From NCBI GenBank assembly GCA_000433455.1, contig HF992499.1, positions 193,202-256,531 on the forward strand: a stretch of DNA of 63,330 bases, read 5' to 3'. The position numbers and the translations under genes are program-made. The notes beneath the pieces are model-generated. The model was not told the origin of the DNA. It saw only the letters and a program-made list of their open reading frames with translations, and made no database searches. Origin of the DNA: Mycoplasma sp. CAG:877 (GTDB taxonomy: Bacteria > Bacillota_I > Bacilli_A > RF39 > UBA660). Positions 18,742 through 27,714 of this stretch are shown piece by piece; position 1 is the stretch's first letter, and every line of letters begins with the position of its first letter.

Positions 18742-19389
18742 ATGAAGAAGTACAAAAAAAAATTTAAAGAATATTTAAATAAAGATCATAATTTTGATAA
18801 AGAAACTTTAATTGGAATCTTTTGTTTAGTTATTGTTATAACAGGAATATTTGGCTGGTTATATGAATTTATATTCTATTATTTTAACGGAGGTATGAAA
18901 GAGTTTTACTGGAGAGGTGGAAACTTCCTACCTTGGATTAATATTTACGCAACTGGTTCCATCATGATTTATTTGCTTACTTATAAACATCGTAAGAATC
19001 CTTGGAAAGTATTTTTACTAAGTTTTTTCTCAACAGGTATACTAGAATATTTTTCAGGTCTTGGCATGTATATTATTGGTAATGGTAAAAGATGTTGGGA
19101 CTATAATCAAGAAATACTAAACTTTGGTAACATTAATGGCTTTGTCTGTCTAAGAAGTGTCTTATTCTTTGGACTATCAGCTTTATTATTAATGTATGTC
19201 ATAATACCATTCTGTTTTCATTTAGCAAAAAAGATTCCAAAAAAACGTTTTATGACTATAAGTATAGTTATCTGTTCTTTATTCTTATTCGATGAATTTT
19301 ATAACCTAATATTTGCAAGAATCTTAAAAACACCAAGAGCATATGATGTATATAGTCGTCTAGGCTTTAATTATGTTCATTTTAAATAG
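18742..19389 (+). CDS. Integral membrane protein of the so-called putative ABC-transporter type IV (CmpB-like) family
   Basis: GWLYEFIFYY.. and ..CWDY motifs with 5-6 TM helices. Confidence 0.6.
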   Translation: MKKYKKKFKEYLNKDHNFDKETLIGIFCLVIVITGIFGWLYEFIFYYFNGGMKEFYWRGGNFLPWINIYATGSIMIYLLTYKHRKNPWKVFLLSFFSTGILEYFSGLGMYIIGNGKRCWDYNQEILNFGNINGFVCLRSVLFFGLSALLLMYVIIPFCFHLAKKIPKKRFMTISIVICSLFLFDEFYNLIFARILKTPRAYDVYSRLGFNYVHFK

Positions 19390-19397
19390 GAGAAAAT

Positions 19398-19889
19398 ATG
19401 GAATACTTAGATATATATAATGAGAAGAAAGAAAAATTAAATAAAAAGATTAAAAGAGGAGACAAACTCTTAGATAATGAGCATATCTTAGTCGCCGTTA
19501 TCTTTATTGAAAATAGTGAAGGAAAATATTTGATTCAGAAAACATCTAAAGAAAAAGGAGAAAAGTATGCAACTACTGGTGGCCATGTCTTATCTGGTGA
19601 AACACCAAAAACATCAATCATCAGAGAAACCAAAGAAGAGTTAGGCCTAGATGTTTCTAATGAAAATATCATCTATATTGGTGATTTACTATTTGGCATC
19701 CCCTTTGGAGAAATATACTATCTAAAAAAAGATCTTGATATAGCTAAATTAAAACTTCAGCAAGAAGAAGTAGAACAGGTAGAATATTTAACAAAAACTG
19801 AGATTTTAAAACTAATTGAAACTGAGAAAATGGTCAAATCTCATGGTTTAATGTTTAAAAAGATGTTAGATAAAACCAGTATAAAATAA
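19398..19889 (+). CDS. NUDIX hydrolase
   Basis: Nudix box GHVLSGETPKTSIIRETKEELGL. Confidence 0.85.
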   Translation: MEYLDIYNEKKEKLNKKIKRGDKLLDNEHILVAVIFIENSEGKYLIQKTSKEKGEKYATTGGHVLSGETPKTSIIRETKEELGLDVSNENIIYIGDLLFGIPFGEIYYLKKDLDIAKLKLQQEEVEQVEYLTKTEILKLIETEKMVKSHGLMFKKMLDKTSIK

Positions 19890-19917
19890 TAAATTCTAAA
19901 TTAGAAAGGAGAATAAC

Positions 19918-20469
19918 ATGACAATAAAAGATATTAAAACACCAGACGATATCTTAAATTTTATGAAAGAAAATATAAGATATGGCTGGTTAGATATAAA
20001 TGATGAAGAACACATCGGTAACCTAGAAAATATTCGTAGACTTTATCGTACTGCTAGTATTGAAGAAACTCTAGAACATAAACTAGGAACATGTATAGAA
20101 CAAGTTAACCTAATGCATTATTTTCTAGATATGCTAGGTATTCCTAATAAAATGTTTTGTACTAGAGTATATGAAAAAGATGACTTTAACGATTTAGATG
20201 CCGAAGAACATATGCACTGCTTTGTTTTATACTATCAAGATACTAAAGAAGGAAAAGTTCACCAAATAGAACATCCTGACTGGGAAAGAGTAGATATCTA
20301 TCATTTTACATCAGAAAAAGAAGCTATAGAAAAAATTAATGCTATTTACGAAAAAAAAGCTGATGGCGTAGCAAGACCAGTTACTGAGTATCCTACTGTA
20401 ATTCCTAATCAAACATTTAAAGAGTTTAATGCTTATATTAACAGTTTTGACAATTCCAAACAAAAATAG
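19918..20469 (+). CDS. Transglutaminase-like (papain-fold) protein, tentative
   Basis: GTCIEQVNLMHYFLDMLGIPNKMF followed by EEHMHCFVLYY fits the G-x-C...GIP...H pattern of transglutaminase-like cysteine peptidases. Confidence 0.45.
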   Translation: MTIKDIKTPDDILNFMKENIRYGWLDINDEEHIGNLENIRRLYRTASIEETLEHKLGTCIEQVNLMHYFLDMLGIPNKMFCTRVYEKDDFNDLDAEEHMHCFVLYYQDTKEGKVHQIEHPDWERVDIYHFTSEKEAIEKINAIYEKKADGVARPVTEYPTVIPNQTFKEFNAYINSFDNSKQK

Positions 20470-20546
20470 AATTGTTTTTCTACACAAATAATGTATCATG
20501 TGATACAATAAAATTGCATAACATAAATATGAAAGGAAATATAACT

Positions 20547-21260
20547 ATGATAGAAATAAAAAATGTAAGTAAAACTTACAATGGTACTAAAAAAGCCCTA
20601 TACAATGTAAATCTAAAAATTGATTCTGGGGAAATATTTGCCTTTATTGGTCATAATGGAGCTGGCAAAACAACAATGATTAAGTCAATTGTTGGCATAC
20701 TGGATTTTGAAGAAGGGGACATTTTAATTAATGGAAAATCTATAAAAGAAGATCCTATTAATTGTAAATTAGATATGGCCTATGTTCCGGATAATCCAGA
20801 TTTATATGAAAATATGCGAGCAATCGACTTTATAAATTTTGTTTGTGATATGTACGAAGTATCAGTTGAAGAGAGAAACAAAAATATTACTAAGTATTCT
20901 AAAATGTTTGACTTAGAAAATAAATTAACAGATGATATTTCAAGTTACTCTCATGGTATGAAACAAAAAGTAGCTCTTATTGCCGCCTTAGCTCACGATC
21001 CTAAAGTCTTAATCATGGATGAACCATTCGTTGGACTAGATCCTCAAGCAGTCTATGACATGAAAGAACTAATGAAACAAATGGCAAAAGATGGAAAAAC
21101 AGTCTTTTTCTCAACTCATATTCTAGATGTTGCTGAAAAACTATGTGATCATGTTGCTATAATTAAGTCTGGTAAAATAGTAAAAACTGGTAAGATGAAA
21201 GATATTAAAGGTGATGCGTCCTTAGAACAAGTCTTCTTAGAATTAGGTGATAAGAAATGA
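20547..21260 (+). CDS. ABC transporter ATP-binding protein (ABC-2 class)
   Basis: Walker A GHNGAGKTT, signature YSHGMKQKVAL, Walker B LIMDEPF. AAAGGAA RBS supports the ATG at 20547. Confidence 0.9.
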   Translation: MIEIKNVSKTYNGTKKALYNVNLKIDSGEIFAFIGHNGAGKTTMIKSIVGILDFEEGDILINGKSIKEDPINCKLDMAYVPDNPDLYENMRAIDFINFVCDMYEVSVEERNKNITKYSKMFDLENKLTDDISSYSHGMKQKVALIAALAHDPKVLIMDEPFVGLDPQAVYDMKELMKQMAKDGKTVFFSTHILDVAEKLCDHVAIIKSGKIVKTGKMKDIKGDASLEQVFLELGDKK

Positions 21261-22864
21261 AAAAGTTAACCTCTCTTATCAAAGCTGGACTATCTCAAGA
21301 TATGAAAATGTTTAAATATAACACCACAAAAAACTCCAGTAAACTAACAAAAGCTCTTTTTCCTGTATTCCTTTTCACAATAATATCTTTTTCCATTGGT
21401 GTTTATTCCTATATGTTGGCAGAACCTCTACATAAAGTAAACCTAACTTATGTTATGTTATCTATGTTTTTAGCCTTAGTAACAATTCTAACCTTTATGT
21501 CAGGTATTTATAAGTCTCAAGGAATTCTCTTTGATGCTAAAGATAGTGACTTACTATTTTCCTTACCAATAAAGCGTTCAAGTATTCTCTTTTTACGAAT
21601 ATTTAAACTAATACTTTTTCAGTATATTTATAACTTAATGTTCTTATTACCAGCATTTATAGTCTATATCATTTTTGAACGACCTGGTTTAAGTTTCTAC
21701 TTAATATCTATTCTAATGACTATTCTAATACCTTTAATACCAACCGTAGTATCCAGTATAATAGGTTATCTAGTAAAGACAATATCTAGTAAATTTAAAG
21801 CTAAAAAAATAATTCAAACTATACTATCTATAATTGTTTTTCTAATAATCTATATTCTAAGTTTAAGATTAAATGATTTTATTGAAAACATTGCCACAAA
21901 AGCAACTAGTATCAATGATATGTTAACTAAAATATATTATCCAATTGGAGCGTATATAGAATTAATAACTGAATTTAATATTCTAACACTAGTAAAACTA
22001 ATTCTAATATGTATAGTACCATTACTAGTATTTATTTATATAGGTTCAAAATTCTATTTTAAAGTAGTCTTTAATTCTAAAGAAACTTCTACTAAGTCTA
22101 AAAAATTAAAAGAAACAGACTTAAAAGAAAAGAAAACACCACTAAAAGCCCTTACTATAAAAGAATTAAAAAGATATTTTTCATCACCAGTGTATATGTT
22201 TAATACTTGTTTTGGACTAATTTTAATCTTAGTTATGTCGTTCTTCTTATTCATAAAAGGTGAGCCCGCTTTTAAAGACATGTTAAAAACTATGGATTTT
22301 GATATTAATACTACAATAGATTTCTTATTCTATATCATTATTTTATTTGCTGGTATGTTAACTTCAATAACATCATCTAGTATTTCTCTGGAAGGCAAAA
22401 CCATAAATATTACAAAGAGTCTTCCAGTATCAGAAAAAACAATTTTAAATTCTAAAATATTAATGACTCTAGTAATAGAACTACCATTTATCTTAATATC
22501 AATTCTATTATTTATTATTAAATTTACTCCTAGTCTTACTTATACAATAACTATAATATTACTAGGTTTAATAGTTCCAACATTAACTGCTGTTATTGGT
22601 CTATTAGTAAATTTAAAATATCCAAAACTAAACTTTTCAAGTGATACAGAAGTAGTAAAACAAAGTATAAGTAGTATGATTTCTATCTTTTCTGGTATGG
22701 GTCTTGCTATTATAAGTATTTTTGGAATAGGTTACTTTAGTGAAAATTATCCTCTAACAAATCTAATGCTTATACACGTTCTATTATTAATGATAATAAC
22801 TTTTATCTTATATAAATTACTTATGAAAATAGGACCAAAAGAATATAGAAAGTTAAGCATTTAA
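21257..22864 (+). CDS. Polytopic membrane protein, putative ABC exporter permease
   Basis: ATGA overlap with the ATPase gene. 535 aa with about 10-12 TM helices. Confidence 0.7.
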   Translation: MKKLTSLIKAGLSQDMKMFKYNTTKNSSKLTKALFPVFLFTIISFSIGVYSYMLAEPLHKVNLTYVMLSMFLALVTILTFMSGIYKSQGILFDAKDSDLLFSLPIKRSSILFLRIFKLILFQYIYNLMFLLPAFIVYIIFERPGLSFYLISILMTILIPLIPTVVSSIIGYLVKTISSKFKAKKIIQTILSIIVFLIIYILSLRLNDFIENIATKATSINDMLTKIYYPIGAYIELITEFNILTLVKLILICIVPLLVFIYIGSKFYFKVVFNSKETSTKSKKLKETDLKEKKTPLKALTIKELKRYFSSPVYMFNTCFGLILILVMSFFLFIKGEPAFKDMLKTMDFDINTTIDFLFYIIILFAGMLTSITSSSISLEGKTINITKSLPVSEKTILNSKILMTLVIELPFILISILLFIIKFTPSLTYTITIILLGLIVPTLTAVIGLLVNLKYPKLNFSSDTEVVKQSISSMISIFSGMGLAIISIFGIGYFSENYPLTNLMLIHVLLLMIITFILYKLLMKIGPKEYRKLSI

Positions 22865-22959
22865 CTTTCTTTTTCTATCTGTAACATCACTTGAATTAAA
22901 AGTAAAAAAACTATATAATAAGATTGTTAAAAATATTGAAGAAGAGAAGGTAAATTACT

Positions 22960-23214
22960 ATGAGTCTAGAAGAAAGAGTTAATAAAATAGAAGAACGAAA
23001 TAAGAAAGTCGAACTAAATAAAAGTTGGGAAACTAGTTGGACTAGAAGAATCTGTATAATGATTTTAACCTATATTGTAGTTGTATTTTATTCTTATTTA
23101 ACTACTAAAATAAATAATATATTTTTATCATCCCTAGTACCAGTAATTGGTTTTACTCTTTCAACTGCATCACTAAATATCATAAGAAAATTATGGGAAA
23201 AGAAGATAAAGTAA
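22960..23214 (+). CDS. Small membrane protein (84 aa, 2 TM)
   Basis: GAAGGT RBS. Charged N-terminus followed by two hydrophobic helices. Confidence 0.55.
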   Translation: MSLEERVNKIEERNKKVELNKSWETSWTRRICIMILTYIVVVFYSYLTTKINNIFLSSLVPVIGFTLSTASLNIIRKLWEKKIK

Positions 23215-23258
23215 TAAATATCTATGATTTTATAATATAATAACTAAGAGGTAATAAT

Positions 23259-24299
23259 ATGTATACAATAAAAGACTATATAAATTTTTATAAAGATAAT
23301 TCTCTAGAAGAAGTTCATTGGAATGCTCAAGACCTTCTTTTAGCAGCAATCCTTGTCTATCTACCAATTAAATCATTCGAAGAGGCAAAAAGTCTAAAAG
23401 AGTTTTATGACTACGCCATATCTTTTAAAAAAGATAAATCATCAGGGGTAATGGCACCCTTATCTTATGAATTACTAGAGTTAATTAAAGATTCTAAAAG
23501 ATATAAAAACTTAAAAATATCTAACTTTGAAAAAGTAAGAGATAATAATACTCAATTTGGAGCAGTAACCATTCGAATTAATGATCTAACTATTATTAGT
23601 TATAAAGGTACTGATGGTTCTCTAATTGGTTGGATGGAAAACTTTCGCCTAGGTTATGAATATCCAACATATACTCAAGTTCTAGCTCAAAAATATCTTT
23701 TAAAAACTCTAACTAAAGAAGATAAAAAAGTCTATGCAACAGGTCACTCTAAAGGTGGTAACCTTGCAATGTCAAGCATCATGTCCGCAAGTGATGATAT
23801 TTACAACAGACTAGTAGCGGTATATAACTTTGATGGCCCTGGTTTTAGAAAAGAAGAATATAAAAGTCCTCAATATGAAAGACTACATAAAAAGCTAGTA
23901 AATATTATCCCAACAGGTTCAGTAGTAGGAACTATTTTAAATAATAAAGATTATCATGTAATAAAAAGTACTGAGTATGCCTTCAATGAACATTATCCAA
24001 CTTCTTGGTGTTGTTTTGGAGAACATTTTATAAAAGGCAAACTATCAAGCATCAGTAAACAGTTCCATGAAACAACAACTACTGCCTATGAAAAACTTGA
24101 TCAAGAAAAAGTAAAAGATACAGTTGAAACTATCTTTTCCAATCTACCAAGTGAATATTCTAGTGACTTAAAACTTAATCTTAATGATTTCAAAGAGTTT
24201 TACAAAAACATGCGTAACATTGATCCGGATGTAAGAAATTATCTAGACACAATTGTTGATTCTATGATAAAATCAACTTATACAAAAGAAAAGGAGTAG
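23259..24299 (+). CDS. DUF2974 (Mbeg1-like) alpha/beta-hydrolase-fold protein
   Basis: ISYKGTDGSLIGWMENF and the nucleophile elbow GHSKGGNLA. Confidence 0.75.
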   Translation: MYTIKDYINFYKDNSLEEVHWNAQDLLLAAILVYLPIKSFEEAKSLKEFYDYAISFKKDKSSGVMAPLSYELLELIKDSKRYKNLKISNFEKVRDNNTQFGAVTIRINDLTIISYKGTDGSLIGWMENFRLGYEYPTYTQVLAQKYLLKTLTKEDKKVYATGHSKGGNLAMSSIMSASDDIYNRLVAVYNFDGPGFRKEEYKSPQYERLHKKLVNIIPTGSVVGTILNNKDYHVIKSTEYAFNEHYPTSWCCFGEHFIKGKLSSISKQFHETTTTAYEKLDQEKVKDTVETIFSNLPSEYSSDLKLNLNDFKEFYKNMRNIDPDVRNYLDTIVDSMIKSTYTKEKE

Positions 24300-24302
24300 T
24301 TT

Positions 24303-25034
24303 ATGAAAAATAAGAAAGAAAAGAAAAGTAAAAAGAAAATATTAATTATAATTGGTGCCATAGTAGCAGTTATAGCAGGATTAATTATCTATGGAGTAGT
24401 AGCTGATCTAAACCAAGAAAAAAAGTTAAAAGAAGAATTAGATTACCTATATGAAATAACTAATAAAGAAGACTATGATGAAAAAGAAGTTAATAAAATA
24501 CTAAATAGAATTGTAACAACAGGCGATTACAAAAAGGTAGAAGTAGCTTACAAAAAATATACCAAAGATTGTTTTACTATTTTAACTGATATTACAAGCG
24601 TTTTAGGAAATGATCGCCTATCATACGTCTTAACAGCTGATAATTACCAAGAAGATGGTAAAGACTTTGTAAAAACAAAAGAATACCTAAAAAGTGCTAA
24701 AGAAACACTAGAGCAGAGTATGATTAAATATAATGATTATTTTACAGAAGAAAAAGCTATGTCATATCTAGATAAAGAGTTAGATGACTATTACATAGAT
24801 TTTTATAAAGATGAAGTAGTAGGTAATCTAGAAAGTGATGAAGAAGATGAAAAGTTATTTGACTCACTAAATAGTATAATTGATTTAATAAATGCTGAAG
24901 AAGAAGTAATTAATTTCTTAATAGAAAATAAAGATAACTGGCAAGTAGAAAATGGTTCAATTGCCTTCACATCAGATTCTCTAATAGACGAATATAATAT
25001 GCTTTTAGCAGCAATTAATAACGAAAATATCTAA
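24303..25034 (+). CDS. Membrane-anchored hypothetical protein, acidic helical ectodomain
   Basis: AAGGAG RBS. Starts 4 nt after the DUF2974 stop. Lys-rich N-terminus plus one TM helix. Confidence 0.6.
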   Translation: MKNKKEKKSKKKILIIIGAIVAVIAGLIIYGVVADLNQEKKLKEELDYLYEITNKEDYDEKEVNKILNRIVTTGDYKKVEVAYKKYTKDCFTILTDITSVLGNDRLSYVLTADNYQEDGKDFVKTKEYLKSAKETLEQSMIKYNDYFTEEKAMSYLDKELDDYYIDFYKDEVVGNLESDEEDEKLFDSLNSIIDLINAEEEVINFLIENKDNWQVENGSIAFTSDSLIDEYNMLLAAINNENI

Positions 25035-25118
25035 TATTAAAAGTTTAAATATGGTACTCTAAGTATCATATTTTTTCTTTTACACAATTTTTTTATTACT
25101 AAAACTTATTTCTTATCC

Positions 25119-25132
25119 TTACATTTTTGTAA
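25119..25132. promoter_or_regulatory. Inverted repeat TTACA-N4-TGTAA (candidate BceR-type response-regulator box) 23 nt upstream of a TATAAT
   Basis: TTACATTTTTGTAA read directly, with TATAAT at 25156-25161. Confidence 0.45.
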
Positions 25133-25180
25133 CAAATAAATACCTCTTTCAATGATATAATATAGTTAAGGAGGTCTCAT

Positions 25181-25843
25181 ATGAAAAAAATAGCAATACT
25201 AGAAGATGATACTTCTATAGCATTAGAACTAAAAGAATTATTAAAAAATGCTGGATACCAAGTTTTAGTTATTACTGATTATGAAAAGTCAGTAGAACTA
25301 ATCTTAAAAGGAAAAGTAGATCTAGCCATTCTAGATATTAATCTACCTACTGCCAATGGAGAAATAATCTTAAAAGAACTACGTAAAAAAACGACTATGC
25401 CCATTATTATGTTAACGAGTAGAGTAACAGAAGTAGATGAAATACTTTCTATGTCCTATGGGGCAGATGACTATATAACTAAGCCTTATAATCCAACTAT
25501 ACTTTTATTACGAATTCAAAATGTCCTTAAAAGAACCGAAAATACAACATCTTCTCTTATCTACAACAACATCATTGTAAATCCTAGTAAAGGTATCTTA
25601 CAAAGTGAAACATCAGAATTGTCCCTAACTAAAAATGAAATGATAATTTTTCTTTATCTTTTAAATAATAAAGGTAACATTGTAAAAAGAGATGAACTAA
25701 TGACAGACTTATGGAATAATAATGAATATATAAATGATAATGCCTTAACGGTAAATATAAGTAGGTTAAGAACAAAATTAGAAGAGTTTGGTTTAAAAGA
25801 TGTTATTGAAACTAGGAAAGGTCAAGGTTATAAATTATTATGA
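25181..25843 (+). CDS. OmpR-family response regulator (BceR-like)
   Basis: Receiver domain (DLAILDINLP, MLTS) plus a winged-helix output domain (..RKGQGYKLL). Confidence 0.9.
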   Translation: MKKIAILEDDTSIALELKELLKNAGYQVLVITDYEKSVELILKGKVDLAILDINLPTANGEIILKELRKKTTMPIIMLTSRVTEVDEILSMSYGADDYITKPYNPTILLLRIQNVLKRTENTTSSLIYNNIIVNPSKGILQSETSELSLTKNEMIIFLYLLNNKGNIVKRDELMTDLWNNNEYINDNALTVNISRLRTKLEEFGLKDVIETRKGQGYKLL

Positions 25844-26859
25844 AAATAACTAACTACTTAAAAGATAAATTTCTACCCATTTTTATCTATATCATAAACA
25901 TCTTAATAATTACTATGCTCTTAATAGCTTTTAAAAGTAATGAATCCCTAATCTTAGTATTTATTACTTTTCAAATTATTCTAGGCCTAACTTTATTATT
26001 AATGGATTACTTTAAGAAAAGATCATTTTATAAAATGATTCAATCTAAACTTATAAATCTAGATAAAAAGTACTTAGTTCTAGAAATGCTAGAAAGACCC
26101 AAAACTAGTGAAGAAGAACTAATATATCAAATTCTCTATGAAATAAATAAATGTTATATTGAAAAATTAAAAGATTATAAACTAAGTCTTACTAATTTCA
26201 AAGAATATATTGAACTCTGGATTCATGAAGTAAAAATACCTATCTCCAGTCTTGTTTTAATGACTCATAACTCTAAAGAAACACTTCCAAAGAAATATAC
26301 AACTCAAATAAATAGACTAGATAATTATATTGATCAAGTGCTATATTACGTAAGAAGTAATACTTCTGAAGAAGACTTTTTTATTAAAGCAGTTTCTCTC
26401 CAAAAGATAATTAACTCCGTTGCCTTAAAAAATAAAGATGACCTACTAGAAAACAATATTGAATTCATTGTAAAAACTAGTAACGAAAAAGTCTTAACAG
26501 ATGAAAAGTGGTTAGAATTTATTCTAAATCAAATAATCAATAACAGTATTAAATACAAAAGAAATATAAAAGTACCAAAAATAGAAATTAAAGTAGAAGA
26601 GACCACCCAAAAAGTAATTTTAACTATTACCGATAATGGTATTGGTATACCTAAAAATGATCTACCAAAAGTCTTTAACAAATCATTTACCGGTACCAAT
26701 GGTAGAACTACAACTAAGTCAACTGGATTAGGGTTATATATTGCTAAAAATCTTTTAAAAAAACTAGGTCATAAAATAGAAATAGAATCCGAAGTAAATA
26801 AATATACCAAAGTCACTATAACGTTTTCTAAAAATAACTATTATAAAATAGAAAACTAA
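25840..26859 (+). CDS. Intramembrane-sensing histidine kinase (BceS-like)
   Basis: ATGA overlap with the regulator gene. Two N-terminal TM helices with a minimal loop. HEVKIPIS H-box. ATPase motifs DNGIGIP and GLGLYIAKN. Confidence 0.85.
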   Translation: MKITNYLKDKFLPIFIYIINILIITMLLIAFKSNESLILVFITFQIILGLTLLLMDYFKKRSFYKMIQSKLINLDKKYLVLEMLERPKTSEEELIYQILYEINKCYIEKLKDYKLSLTNFKEYIELWIHEVKIPISSLVLMTHNSKETLPKKYTTQINRLDNYIDQVLYYVRSNTSEEDFFIKAVSLQKIINSVALKNKDDLLENNIEFIVKTSNEKVLTDEKWLEFILNQIINNSIKYKRNIKVPKIEIKVEETTQKVILTITDNGIGIPKNDLPKVFNKSFTGTNGRTTTKSTGLGLYIAKNLLKKLGHKIEIESEVNKYTKVTITFSKNNYYKIEN

Positions 26860-26946
26860 TCTTACAATATTGAAATGTTTTGTAATATTAGAATAACGAC
26901 AAAATCTATTATCTATAATAAACTAGCTATTGAAAGGAGTAAAATT

Positions 26947-27714
26947 ATGAAAAAAGTATTAAAAATAGAAAAAATAGAAAAGTATTATGGCAATAGATCT
27001 AGTCTAACTAAAGCTATTGATAATATTTCTTTTGAAGTAGAAGAGGGGGAGTTTGTAGCAATAATGGGTGCTTCTGGCTCAGGTAAGACAACTCTTCTAA
27101 ATTGTATTTCAACAATTGATAAAGTAACATCAGGTCATATCTATGTAAATGATCAAGATGTTACTAAATTAAAAGGAAATGATTTAAACAAATTTAGAAG
27201 GGAAGAGTTAGGCTTTATTTTTCAAGATTTTAATCTTCTAGATACTCTAACTGCTTATGAAAATATTGCTCTTGCACTATCTATACAAAACCGTTCTATT
27301 CCTGAAATAGAGGGTAGAATAAAAATGGTAGCAAAAGAATTAAATATTGAAAAAATTCTAAAGAAATATCCATATGAAATGTCAGGTGGAGAAAAACAAA
27401 GAGTAGCAGCTGCTCGTGCTATCATAACCGAACCAACCCTAGTTCTAGCTGATGAACCAACAGGAGCCCTAGACTCTAAATCATCAAAAATGTTACTAGA
27501 AAAATTTAACTACTTAAACACAGAGTTAAAAACAACAATTTTAATGGTAACTCATGATGCTTTTACAGCAAGCTATGCTAGTCGTGTTATCTTTATCAAA
27601 GATGGTAAAATCTTTAATGAGTTCTATAAAGGAACACAAACACGTAAAGAATTTTTTGATAAAATAATAGATGTTGTAACCCTATTAGGTGGCGATTTAA
27701 ATGATGCTTTGTAA
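26947..27714 (+). CDS. BceA-like ABC ATP-binding protein
   Basis: GASGSGKTT, MSGGEKQRVAAARA, VLADEPT. AAAGGAG RBS supports the ATG at 26947. Confidence 0.9.
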   Translation: MKKVLKIEKIEKYYGNRSSLTKAIDNISFEVEEGEFVAIMGASGSGKTTLLNCISTIDKVTSGHIYVNDQDVTKLKGNDLNKFRREELGFIFQDFNLLDTLTAYENIALALSIQNRSIPEIEGRIKMVAKELNIEKILKKYPYEMSGGEKQRVAAARAIITEPTLVLADEPTGALDSKSSKMLLEKFNYLNTELKTTILMVTHDAFTASYASRVIFIKDGKIFNEFYKGTQTRKEFFDKIIDVVTLLGGDLNDAL

